Origin: Octopus sinensis
Lineage: Eukaryota
DNA length: 64,000 nucleotides
Assembly (NCBI RefSeq): GCF_006345805.1
Contig: NW_021830460.1
Coordinates: forward strand, 15,321-79,320
Direction: 5' to 3'
Under the pieces are notes generated by a model, which saw only the letters and a program-made list of their open reading frames with translations, was not told where the DNA came from and made no database searches. Position numbers and translations under genes: made by a program. Shown here one piece after another: positions 1 through 11,483 of the stretch. How positions within the stretch are numbered: position 1 is the stretch's first letter; each line of letters begins with the position of its first letter.

Positions 1-455
1 ATGCTGCATACATTCAGGAGCTGTTATCGACCTTTGTCAACGCTCCGCCTCCGAAGCCGGGAGCTGATGTAATCCGTCGAGGTAGGAAGTGAAAAGCTGC
101 ACACATCTGTTTGGGTTTGATTATTGTTTACCAGTCGTCGTCTGGCAAGAATCGGATCGTGGATTTATTTCCTCGTCGTGCCTCTGCCACTCGGGCCCTC
201 GTGTTTCGCGTTGAAGAATTGGTCGTATTCCAATCTCACTGCGAGCAAGTCGGGTGCGATGCTTTTTCTAGAAGCCTCATGAAACTTCCTGACTAGCTCT
301 GCCTCTGCTCCTTTTCTTTCTACTGCTAAGTCCTTTGTTAAACCTTGTCGATTCTGTTCTAATCACCCGTTTCAAAGCGAACTACTATTTGCTGTTGACG
401 AGTGGTCCCGTCAAAGCCCGCTTATCTAATTCACTAATCCCGTCCCTGAAAACTT
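1..455 (-). mobile_element. Degraded L1/Tx1-like ORF2 fragment (post-endonuclease linker region)
   Basis: Minus-strand translation across stops and frameshifts gives FRDGISELDKRAL..SK**FALKRVIRTESTRFNK..RLEYDQFFNAKHEG/RARV..GNKSTIRF, resembling the WW..K..IR and G.R.R...GEKST.YF blocks of L1/Tx1 ORF2. Confidence 0.5.
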
Positions 456-608
456 TTCACGCCGGTAAGGACGCGTTCAGCTCCCAGTAACTGGGTCTCT
501 GTCTATGGAGCCTATCTAAGTCGACCGTACAGATCACAAATTTGTGGTCTGTGTAACTGACCACTTTAAATTGTGGACAAGCTATGCTATCCTTTTCTTC
601 TCTACAGA

Positions 609-740
609 AGGCGCAGGATTGGCTGTGTGGTAAGTAGCTAGGCGCAGGAGTGGCTGTATGGTAAGTAGCTTGTTTACCAACCACATGGTTCCAGATTCAG
701 TCTCACTGCGTGGCACCTTTGGGAACTGTCTTCTACTATA
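609..740 (+). mobile_element. tRNA-derived SINE head with a tandem duplication of its first 31 bp
   Basis: AGGCGCAGGA(T/G)TGGCTGT(G/A)TGGTAAGTAGCT occurs twice (609-639, 640-670), then CCAACCACATGGTTCC..TTCAGTCTCACTGCGTGGCACC; same head as the full SINE at 57806-58212. Confidence 0.75.
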
Positions 741-782
741 TATTTCTTTACTGCCCACAAGGGGCTAAACATAGAGGGGACA

Positions 783-958
783 CTTTTTTTTTTATAAATT
801 TATTTATTAGACATTCACTAGTACAACACCAAAAAACCCCCAAAATATATGGCACACTAGGCATAACAACAACGTGAACTTCCAACCTGTTGTCTCTTGA
901 GGTCTCTGGGTGAGACTTGGAGCCAACTTGTACAAACATAAAGCAAAATTCAAACATA
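783..958 (+). mobile_element. 3' UTR of R4/Dong-like family D
   Basis: Near-identical to 28090-28260 (3' end of the long family D copy); followed directly by (AAT)n. Confidence 0.85.
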
Positions 959-1027
<69 letters not shown>

Positions 1028-1074
1028 TAATAATAAACAATAATAATAATTATGATAACAACAACAACAACAAC

Positions 1075-1120
<46 letters not shown>

Positions 1121-1170
1121 GTAATAATAATAATGATGATGATGATAATAATGATAATAAAATAATAATA

Positions 1171-1203
<33 letters not shown>

Positions 1204-1260
1204 TAATAATAATAATAATAAGAATAAATAATATAATAATATAATAATAATAATAATAAT
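959..1260 (+). repeat. (AAT)n microsatellite with AAC/GAT interruptions; representative of many spacer tracts between elements
   Basis: Direct inspection; similar tracts separate nearly every element from 959 to 35980. Confidence 0.98.
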
Positions 1261-2416
1261 AAAAGAGAGAAGAAAGCAGCCTGCAGAGGATTGCGGTTAG
1301 CATCAGGAGAGACCATGGGTGAACCTGATGGTAGTGGTTATAGATATTTAGGAATGAAATTCAAGGTCAGGGAGGCGTATAGAAAAAGGGTTAAGATGGT
1401 GTTGAAATCCAACCTGAATGCCAAAACTTTGATTACCGCAATGAATATCTGGGCAGTTGCAGTGCGTCCATCCTTAACTCAAGAATAGTGACAGAGGACT
1501 AATTATGCGATAAATGATGATGAAAACCTGCTTCTGCAATATGCTGCGAAAGATATGGGTGCAAATGCGATGAAATGATTGACAAGGAAGAGTTAACCTA
1601 AGAGCTGAGGAGAGAAAGAAGACCTTGAAATGAGAATGCATGACATTTGAAAGGAATACACAGGACGTTAAGGATAATACAGCATCGTGAGCATGACTTG
1701 AAGCGTACCACTGAAAGCCTGATCATGCTGCACAAGACCAGGCTCTCTAATGAAGTATAACATCTATAAAACTTCTGAAACCCAGAAATCAGGACTATGT
1801 GGAAGCAGTGTGGAAAATGTGACCCACTTGGTAAGTGTATGTGGGAGTCTGCACAAAAAGAATAAAAACGCCGCCATAATAAAGTGTATGTGTATCTTAT
1901 TGGCTCTTATACCGTAAATGCCAATATAAGAAACAGAGAACTGGTATGAGCATGTACCAAGTAAAGTTATGCAGGATGATAGAAAAGTAACGATTCTCTG
2001 GGACTATGATTTTCAGACGGATCGTGTAATCGAACACCGTCGCCGGATATTGTCATATTGAATAAGAGAGACAAATACTGTCAGCTCATTGATGTAGCCA
2101 TACCCAATGACATGAATGTTGTGAGTAAAGAGGTTGAAAAAATCTCCAAGTACTCTGAATTGAAAGTGGAAGTGGCAAGACTGAAGGGAATGCGAGAAGG
2201 TAATGTAAAAGTGGTACCAATGGTGATCGGAGCGTTGGCTCAATCCCATTGAAACTTCAAAACTTCTTTAGGCGACTGAAAATCCTATGCTAGATTGATG
2301 TCTTGCAAAAAGCAGCCTTGCACATCTTAAGGAAGGTATTAGCTGTCTGAGGTCCTTGTAACTTGACAGATGACTAAAGACTCCGGTGAACTTTTACTTA
2401 CCGGTGTTATGAAGGA
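1261..2416 (+). mobile_element. 5'-truncated, internally deleted R4/Dong-like retrotransposon, family B (copy 1)
   Basis: GYRYLG, RPDIVI, IDVAIPND, EKISKY, VPMVIGAL motifs; colinear with 28447-29762 but lacking two internal segments; ends at (AAT)n. Confidence 0.88.
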
Positions 2417-2560
2417 TAATAATAATAATATAATATAATAATAATAATAATAATAAGAATAATAAATAAGAATAAAATAATAGAAGAAGAAGAGAAGAAG
2501 AAGAAGAGAAGAAGAGAAGAAGAAGAGAAGAAGAAGAAGAAGAAGAAGAAGAAGAAGAAG

Positions 2561-5331
2561 AAGATTACGAGATTAAAGAAAAGCTAAAGCAAGATATCCT
2601 TGCCAAAGCACAAAGGATCCGCCGGTACGAGAAACGCCAGCGCTTCTTTGAACAAAACAAACAGTTCAACTCCAACCCCAAAAAGTTCTACCAAGGACTT
2701 GGCAAAAATAAAATAGAAATCACTGCAGCACCAACGGCAGAAGAAGTGGAAGAATTCTGGAGAGAAATATGGTCGGCGAACGAACAACCCCAAAAAAAAG
2801 GAGTATTAAAACAACAAACTCAGCATCTGAGCAACTTTGGACCCCATAACAACTGAAGAGGCCACCCAGGCACTGCAAAGACTAAGCATCTGGAAGGCAC
2901 CTGGACAACGTGTCTCTATCCCCTTCTTCTGGTTGAAATATCTAACAGGAATGCACAAAAAGCTGGCTGAATATTTTAACAACATACTGGCAGAGCCAGA
3001 GACAATGCCTGAATGGCTCACGAAACCATCTTAATTCCCAAATCAATTGAGACAGCAAAACCAGAAAACTACAGACCAATAACCTGTCTCCCTACAATGT
3101 ACAAGACATTTACTGCAGTGATATCGCAAGTTGAACAAGCAACCTGGACGAAAACAACCTGTTCCAGAAGAGCAGAAAGGATGCCGCAAAGGCTCATATG
3201 GCTGTAAAGATCAACTAATGATTAATAAAGCCATAACTGAAGACAGCCACGAAAGAAGAAAGGCCTCAGTATGGCCTGGATCGACTACAAAAAGGTTTTT
3301 GATAGCATCCCCCACACATGGATCCTCGAAACACTAGCCATTAACAAAGTAGCACCAACCCTTATAAATTCATAGGGCACTCTATGAATAAAGGCAAACA
3401 GTGCTACAGCTCAAACAAAAGAGGGAATCATGAAAACCAAAGCCATCCCCATTAGAAGAGGAATATTCCAGGGAGATACGCTCTCTCCACTCCTTTTCTG
3501 CTTGGCACTGCACCTCTATCTGATATGCTAAATAGTACTGGATGTGGATATAAATGTTACGGCAAAACGATCAGCCACCTTTTATATATGGAGACCTAAA
3601 ACTATACGCTTCAAATGACAAACAGCTGGAACACACTATTAAAGACAGTTCATGGATTTACCAAAGAAATATATATGAAACTGGATTAGAAAAATGCGCC
3701 AAAGTAACCATGAAAAGAGGAAAACTAGTTAAGAGTAGCAACATCACACTAGATAAAACCAATGAATAAAAGAATAGACCAAAGCCAAACTTACAAATAC
3801 TTAGGAATCCATGAACTAGAAAAACACAACACACACAAATGAAAGAGAAAATAAAAAAGAATATTATAGACGAGTTAGATCAATACTAAAACAGAGCTCA
3901 ATGCTAAAAACAAGATAATATGTATTAACACTTTAGCTGTCCAGTTATAAGTTACAGCTACAATATCCTTAACTGGACACTAAATTAAATGACCAAAATA
4001 GATAGGAAAACAAGAAAAATAATGACAGGATCTAGGATGCATCAACCCAAAATCTGACATAGAAAGACTATATATACAACGTATAGAAGGTGGTAGAGAC
4101 ATTATACAGCTGGAAAACTACTATAAAATAACACCATAGGACTGCAAAATATCTACTTCAGAAGGAAAGAAAACTGATCCATAGCGGCAAAACACGAGCA
4201 AAACAAAAAATGTTCTCAGTATTTAAGGAAGCTGACAAATACAAACAAGAAATCATACCACCTAATAAATATGAAGAAGAAGAAGAAGAAGAAGAAGAAG
4301 AAGAAGAAGAAGAAAAGAGAAGAAGAAGAAGAAGAAGAAGAAGAAGAAGAAGAAGAGAAGAAGAAGAAGAAGAAGAAGAAGAAGAGCCGAAGAAGAAGAC
4401 AAGAAGAAGAAACAAACAAAGCTATAAACAAATGAAATCCAAACTAAAAATAGAACAGCAAAGAACCATGATAAAACGATGGCAAGAAAAGCCCTTCATG
4501 GTAAATACTGGACTAAACTAAATGCAAAAGAAATAGACAAAGAAAAATCCCAGCAATGGTTGAGAAGCTCAGACTCAAAGCAGAGACAGAGGGATTTTAA
4601 TTGCAGCACAAGACAAAGCCTCCCCACCAGAAATTACCAAAACATGTAATGAAAAGAAAATATAACAAGTAACTGCAGAATTGTAGAGATGGACAAGAAA
4701 CAATAAATCATATTATCTAGCTGCCCAGTCCTGGCTAAGAAGGAATATATTCACAGACATGACAGAGTTGGAACCTACATACATTGGAAGCTATGCCAAC
4801 ATTATGGAATAACAACAGAATAAAGATGGTATAGGCACACACCAGAAAAGGTCACAGAAAACGAGAAAGCAACCATACTCTGGGATATGCCGATACACAC
4901 AGATAGAGAAATTAAGGCCAACAGACCAGATATAGTTGTTAGAGATCATGAAGAAAAAATGCTTTCTAATAGATGTATCAATACCGGCAGATGACAACGT
5001 GTCTATAAAAGAAATGGAGAAACTCTCAAAATACAAAGACCTGGAAATAGTGGTAACCAGAATGTGGAATCTAAAAACAGAAACAGTTCCTATCATAGTA
5101 GGTGCATTAGGCATGATAAAAAAATATTCAGACAAATACATAACAAAAAACACCAGGACTTACAACACATATAACAACAGAAACTTGCACTACTAGGCAC
5201 TGCCACATCTACGCAGAACACTTTCTATACAATAACCATCAGAGCATCACAACAAATCACAGCACATACCTTCAGGCACCAGAGCTGCGCTCGTAGTGAA
5301 GTGAAAGCACGCTATAAAAATAAACTACTGA
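2561..5331 (+). mobile_element. 5'-truncated R4/Dong-like retrotransposon, family A (longest copy), frameshifted
   Basis: YRPITCLPTMYK, EQKGCRKGSYGCKDQL, GIFQGDTLSPLLFCL, GLEKCAKV, YKYLG, CRxC knuckle, RPDIV/IDVSIP/EKLSKY endonuclease motifs; internal (GAA)n at ~4275-4420; ends ..AAACTACTGA + (AAT)n. Confidence 0.92.
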
Positions 5332-5359
5332 TATAATAATAATATATAATAATAATATA

Positions 5360-5403
<44 letters not shown>

Positions 5404-5417
5404 TTAATAATATAATA

Positions 5418-5448
<31 letters not shown>

Positions 5449-5450
<2 letters not shown>

Positions 5451-5650
5451 AAGAGCACTCAGAGAGCTCAAACCTCTGCCAAGGCAACACCAACGTTCTC
5501 TCAATGATTAGAGATGATGTTTAAAATGAGAATATCTTAAATAAACTCGACTGCTCTCCTAAACGAGAATACTAAAATTGAACCCGACCGCTCTCAAAAA
5601 CATCGGAAAAATAATCCAGAATCCTTGTCCAGTACCTGGTCGATCCCAAT
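5449..5650 (-). mobile_element. 3' part of a Helentron-associated (HINE/DINE-1-like) non-autonomous element
   Basis: Minus strand ends CTTGGCAGAGGTTTGAGCTCTCTGAGTGCTCTTGT + T-rich flank, the subterminal-repeat/hairpin style end of HINE-type repeats; second copy at 29921-30135. Confidence 0.45.
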
Positions 5651-5816
5651 GGTAGTCATGGAATGTGAAAATGGCTGTAGAAAATTTAGTAACAGTAATA
5701 TATAGTTTATCCTTATCTAATACGAATCAAAGACCTTTTGGTTTTCTCTTCTCTTAAATTCTGGCCTTCCTTTAGTATTCCTGTAGTTTTAGATTGATGT
5801 ATATATGTAAGTATAC

Positions 5817-6955
5817 TGTAAAGTGTTAATATTGTTGTGAATGGTTCAGCTTGTACAGTACTTCTTGACCTACTTTGCTTGGCTTGGAGACTGAAAGTCT
5901 ACAATGCAAAGTTATAGTCCTTTGTTTTGGGAAGAGTAATGAACTTTTAGGGGACCTTTGGCCTTGTGCCGGTCAGGGAAACTCCCCGACCCTGTCAGGT
6001 GAATTAGAGTTCAGTTTGTGAGAGACAATGAGAGAAATGTTGAGGGGCTGAGGAAGACAGATTAAGGAATCTGAGGAGCTGACCAGCGAGAGAATGATAG
6101 AGAATGTGAGAGAGGAAGACAGAGAGAGAGTATTACAGAGCTAAGAGAGAGGGAGATTACGACAGAGAGATTGGGGTAGTGACAAGGCAGTCGAGGACAG
6201 AGCAAGTGAGGATTTAGCAGTCGGTATTTGGGAGTCAAGGCGAGCAGTTGGCAGTTGGATTTAGCAGTGAGGATTTGGTATTCGAGGTAAGCGGTTGGCG
6301 TTTGGATTTAGCGGTTGGCAGTTGGATTTAGCAGTGCTAAGAGAGATGAACTACAATGTGAGACATTGGCTGATGTAACGGTACGTGAGTTGTTGTATTG
6401 ATATGTGAATTGAGTAAAGGACTTGTCGATGTGTTATAAAGGCTGGAAAAGAAATGAGACAGTAAAAAGAACAATGTGAACTGTGTTGATATGTGTTACA
6501 GAACTGTTAAAGCAAGAGAGAGACTCTGTTGTAGTCTTTAATGAACATTGAACTGTATATGCCTTTAATGTCTTTGAACTGTAACGTTAATGTGATTTGA
6601 AACAGAACTGTTGTCTCCGGACTGTATAATGTATTGACTTGTTGTTTAATTCGACGTGTACTCTTTAAATGTTGTTGTTATTGCATTTGATGTGTTGTTA
6701 CTTGCATGTACTTCCTCTTTGATGTATCTGATATGTATTTGATGTTGTAACAATTATAAAGTGTTATAAACTAGTACGTTAAATGTAAGCCAATTGCCTT
6801 CTTTGTCTCTCTCTCGATTGCCTCTGTGTCTCCTGCAGCTGTTGTTGTAGATGTTATCTCTCTCCTCTCCGAGTTTCCGTAGCGAACCTTCTCTGATCAA
6901 TCGGGCCTGTGTGAGGGATTCCGTTACAGCTTTCGTTCGAGGGAGTCCCGTAGCA
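5817..6955. mobile_element. Solo LTR (~1.14 kb, TG...CA)
   Basis: Absent from the paralogous site at ~30382-30390 (GTATAC|TGTATGTATAAT); starts TGTAAAG, ends GTAGCA; flanked by ATAC and ATA (4-bp TSD with one base missing); no ORF. Confidence 0.65.
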
Positions 6956-7189
6956 ATATGTATGTATAATATATAATATATATATATTATAAATATATGT
7001 TAGTGTTATTTAATTTCTGAACGGTTTTGCTGCCGTTTGTTGATGTAGTTTTGGTTTCTTTATCCATCAGTTTCTGCTAGGATAAGATGCAGGCAAAATT
7101 AACAATAGAGAAACGGAAATAAAACTTTGGAAACAGCCGAAAGGGAGATAATTGAGAAAGACTTGAAAGTGAACGTAAGATCGTAATCA

Positions 7190-7395
7190 TGTAAAGTAAA
7201 TATAACAAACAATCCAGAAAACCTGCCCGGGACTGAATCGATCCCAAAATTTAATCATTTCGTGCCAGTTAAGAGGCCAAACATCCCTAAAAGTTTCATC
7301 CGAATCCATCCAGCGGTTCTTGAGATATCTTCTCCAGGAACAAACAAACACGACTGAAAGCAGTAGCTCAACCTTCACTAAGACGGAGGTAATAA
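7190..7395 (-). mobile_element. 5' part of a HINE/DINE-1-like element
   Basis: Minus strand begins TTATTACCTCCGTCTTAGTGAAGG, then GTTTGTTTGT and ATATCTCAAGAACCGCTGGATGGATT..GATGAAACTT, typical of these repeats. Confidence 0.45.
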
Positions 7396-7424
7396 TGATT
7401 TCAAATTTTTTCTACAAATTTTTT

Positions 7425-7598
7425 GGGATGAATTGATTACATTGACCCCAGTGTTCAAGTAGTACTTATCTTATCGACCACAAAAGGAGAGAAAGCAAAG
7501 TCGATCGCAGCGGAATTTGAAATCAAAAAGTAGCGACGGGCGAAATACCGCTAAACATTTCGTTGGGCGTGCTAACGATTCTGCTAGCTCACCGTCTT
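7425..7598 (-). mobile_element. tRNA-derived SINE (TCGATAAAATAAGTACCAG..CACTGGGGTCGATG core family)
   Basis: Reverse complement matches the SINE family repeated at 8725-8860, 48440-49290 and 63104-63260. Confidence 0.7.
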
Positions 7599-7601
7599 GT
7601 A

Positions 7602-7661
7602 AGAAGAAGAGAAGAAGAAGAAGAAGAAGAAGAAGAAGAAGAAGAAGAAGAAGAAGAAGAA

Positions 7662-7693
<32 letters not shown>

Positions 7694-7720
7694 AGAAGGA
7701 GAAGAAGAAGAAGAAGAAGC
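7602..7720 (+). repeat. (GAA)n microsatellite
   Basis: Direct inspection. Confidence 0.97.
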
Positions 7721-7734
7721 TTTGACAAAGTCCA

Positions 7735-7941
7735 ATAAACGATGGCAACAGCATCACCATCATCCGGGATACGCGTTACCAATTCTTCCACTACCAGTAA
7801 GTTGGTCAAGTTGGTCAAGTTGGTCAAGTTGGTCAAACACACTCAATACAGTAAAAATAAGAGCATCACAACAAATCACAGCACATACCCAAGGCACACA
7901 CGGTAGTGTAGTGAAAGCACGTGATAAAAATAAAACTACTG
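7735..7941 (+). mobile_element. Short family-A-related derivative: internal fragment + (AGTTGGTCA)4 + family A 3' UTR
   Basis: 7855-7941 matches the family A 3' UTR (AGAGCATCACAACAAATCACAGCACATACCCAAGGCACAC..AAAACTACTGA); ends in (AAC)n. Confidence 0.55.
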
Positions 7942-7964
7942 AACAACAACAACAACAATAACAA

Positions 7965-8212
7965 CAAGAATATGAATTACAGAGACTATGGAAAGTGCGA
8001 CTAAAATGTATCCCAGTAGTTATAGGTGCATTGAGAACTATCCCTGAAGGTCTGAACTGATGGATAGAGGAAATAGGCATAAAACTCAGTTTAGTACAGC
8101 TCCAGAAAACAGTGTTATTAGGGACAGCAAGAATTATCAGTAGGGATCTAAGCACTTGAAACACTGCTGAAAACGTGTGGATACCTAAGGTTACAGGTAA
8201 AGAGCTTAGACC
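7965..8212 (+). mobile_element. 3' end of a fifth R4/Dong-like family (E)
   Basis: Translates ..EYELQRLWKVRLKCIPVVIGALRTIPEGLN*WIEEIGIKLSLVQLQKTVLLGTARIISRDLST*, the endonuclease C-terminus; nucleotide sequence distinct from families A-D. Confidence 0.75.
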
Positions 8213-8435
8213 CATGGACAGGACGTACACTTAACTACACACACATACACATTCACATATGTGTGTGTAAGTAGTTAAGTGGACGTCTCGTCCATGAGGC
8301 TAGGCGTTTTATGGATGCGAAATAATTGGTCACTCTATGACTGGACAAGGTAATTTTTAACGGGCTTTTATTTATAAGAATTTTTTCCTTTCATCTTTAT
8401 TTCATTCATTGTTAGCAACGTTCTCTCTCTGTCTC

Positions 8436-8456
8436 ATACACACACACACACACACA

Positions 8457-8498
<42 letters not shown>

Positions 8499-8526
8499 CA
8501 CACACACACACACACCACACACACAC
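8436..8526. repeat. (CA)n microsatellite
   Basis: Direct inspection. Confidence 0.97.
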
Positions 8527-8724
8527 TCTGTCTCTGTAATATAAACATTCACACTGTCTCTGTAATATAAATACACACACACTCCAGGTTTGATTTCCTT
8601 ATTGCACAAATATCACATTAGAATTTTGCAATTCAGCTTGGAACGTCCCAAAAAATATGCGACTGTACACTTTTCTCACTAAGCTACAGAATCACTCCAA
8701 CCCAATGGATTAGCAAAATTTGTG

Positions 8725-8860
8725 TTCAAATTCCGCCGAGGTCGACATTGCCTTTTATTCTTTCGAGATGAATAAAATAAGTACCAGTTAAACACTGGGT
8801 TCGATGTAATCGACTCCACCGATATTGCAAGCCTTGCCTTGTGCCAAAATTTGAAACCAA
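8725..8860 (+). mobile_element. SINE body fragment
   Basis: GTTCAAATTCCGCCGAGGTCGAC (B-box-like) followed by AATAAGTACCAGTTAAACACTGGGTTCGATGTAATCGAC core. Confidence 0.7.
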
Positions 8861-8919
8861 CATTTCGTAGAACAGAGTGACGCAAATGCCAAGAGTTACG
8901 TGCGTTAGATAGGTATAAG

Positions 8920-8985
<66 letters not shown>

Positions 8986-9026
8986 TATGCATATGTACAT
9001 ACATATACATACATACATAATACATA

Positions 9027-9062
<36 letters not shown>

Positions 9063-9128
9063 CATCAGCATCAACATCATCATTATTATTATTCAGTTCT
9101 ATATTTAAGAGATGAGAAATTATGTACA

Positions 9129-9206
<78 letters not shown>

Positions 9207-9242
9207 AATAATAATAATAATAATGATATAATAATAATAATA

Positions 9243-9299
<57 letters not shown>

Positions 9300-9352
9300 T
9301 AATAATAATAACAATAATAATAAAAATAATAATAATAATATAATAATAATAA

Positions 9353-9410
<58 letters not shown>

Positions 9411-9411
<1 letters not shown>

Positions 9412-11328
9412 GATCCTCGAAACACTAGCCATTAACAAAGTAGCACCAACAATCATAAAATTCATAGAGGACTCTATGAATAAATGGCAAACAGTCCTGC
9501 ACCTCCAAACAAAAGAGGGACTCATGAAAACTAAAGACATCCCCATTAGAAGAGGAATATTCCAGGGAGACACGCTCTCTCCACTCCTTTTCTGCTTGGC
9601 ACTGTCACCTCTATCTGATATGCTAAATAGAACTGGATGCGGATATAAATGTTACGGCAAAACGATCAGCCACCTTTTATATATGGATGACCTAAAACTA
9701 TACGCTGCAAATGACAAACAGCTGGAAACACTATTAAAGACAGTTCATGGATTTACCAAAGAAATAGATATGAAATTTGGATTAGAAAAATGCGCCAAAG
9801 TAACCATGAAAGGAGGAAAACTAGTTAAGAGTAACAACATCACACTAGATAAAACCAATGAAATAAAAGAATTAGACCAAAGCCAAACTTACAAATACTT
9901 AGGAATCCATGAACTAGATAAAACACAACACACACAAATGAAAGAGAAAATAAAAAAAGAATATTATAGACGAGTTAGATCAATACTAAACACAGAAGTC
10001 AATGCTGAAAACAAGATAATAGGTATCAACACTTTAGCTGTCCCAGTTATAAGTTACAGCTAAAATATCCTTAACTGGACACGAAATGAACTGACCAAAA
10101 TAGATAGGAAACAAGAAAAATAATGACAGGATCTAGGATGCATCACCCAAAATCTGACATAGAAAGACTATATATACAACGTATAGAAGGTGGTAGAGGC
10201 CTTATACAGCTGGAAAACTACTATAAATAACCACCATAGGACTGCAAAAATATCTACTTCAGAAGGAAGGAAAACTGATCCAGATAGCGGCAAAACACGA
10301 GAAAAACAAAAAACAGTTCTCAGTATTTAAGGAAGCTGACAAATACAAACAAGAATTCATACCACCTAATAAACATGAAGAAGAAGAAGAGATGAAAAAC
10401 AACAAAAGCTATAAAACAAATGAAATCCAAACTAAAATAGAACAGCAACGAACCATGATAAAACGATGGCAAGAAAAGCCCCTTCATGGTAAATACTGGA
10501 CTAAACTAAACGCAAAAGAAATAGACAAAGAAAAATCCCAGCAATGGTTGAGAAGCTCAGGACTCAAAGCAGAACAGAGGGATTTTTAATTGCAGCACAA
10601 GACCAAAGCCTCCCCACCAGAAATTACCAAAAACATGTAATGAAAAGAAATATTACAAGTAACTGCAGAATATGTAGAGATGGACAAGAAACAATAATCA
10701 TATTATCTCTAGCTGCCCAGTCCTGGCTAAGAAGGAATATATTCACAGACATGACAGAGTTGGAACCTACATACATTGGAAGCTATGCCAACATTATGGA
10801 ATAACAACAGAAAAAAGATGGTATAGGCACACACCAGAAAAGGTCACAGAAAACGAGAAAGCAACCATACTCTGGGATATGCCGATACACACAGACAGAG
10901 AAATTAAGGCCAACAGACCAGATATAGTTGTCAGAGACCATGAAGAAAAAAACGCTTTCTAATAGATGTATCAATACCGGCAGATGACAACGTGCCTCTA
11001 AAAGAAATGGAGAAACTCTCAAAATACAAAGACCTGCAAATAGAGATAACTAGAATGTGGAATCTGAAAACAGAAACAATTCCTATCATAGTAGGTGCAT
11101 TAGGCATGATAAAAAATATTCAGACAAATACATAACAAAAACACCAGGACTTACAAACACATATAGCATACAGAAAATTGCACTACTAGGCACTGCACAC
11201 ATCCTAAGCAGAACACTTTCCATACAATAACCATCAAAGCATCACAACAAATCACAGCACATACCCAAGGCACACAGAGCTGCGCTCGGTAGTGAAGTGA
11301 AAGCACGTTATAAAAATAAAACTACTGA
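9411..11328 (+). mobile_element. 5'-truncated family A R4/Dong-like copy 2
   Basis: ORF 9476-10063 with GIFQGDTLSPLLFCL, LLYMDDLKLY, FGLEKC, YKYLG; endonuclease motifs downstream; (AAT)n on both sides. Confidence 0.93.
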
Positions 11329-11370
11329 ATAATAATAATAATAATAATAATAAAAATAATAATAATAATA

Positions 11371-11439
11371 GATGGGTATATTGGGCTTCGAATATTTTAC
11401 CCCAGTGTCACTTTGATGGCATGCACTGCTCTCTCACTC
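11371..11439 (+). mobile_element. 69-bp 3' tip of non-coding (AAT)-tailed family F
   Basis: Matches the last ~70 bp of 22150-22708; flanked by (AAT)n; second copy at 17992-18060. Confidence 0.75.
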
Positions 11440-11445
11440 AATAAT

Positions 11446-11482
<37 letters not shown>

Positions 11483-11483
<1 letters not shown>

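Noticed and set aside
783-7095. 3' transduction by family D as the origin of the dispersed duplicate
   Set aside because: The copy has no (AAT)n or poly(A) tail or TSD at its right end (7095), so DNA-level duplication is more parsimonious.
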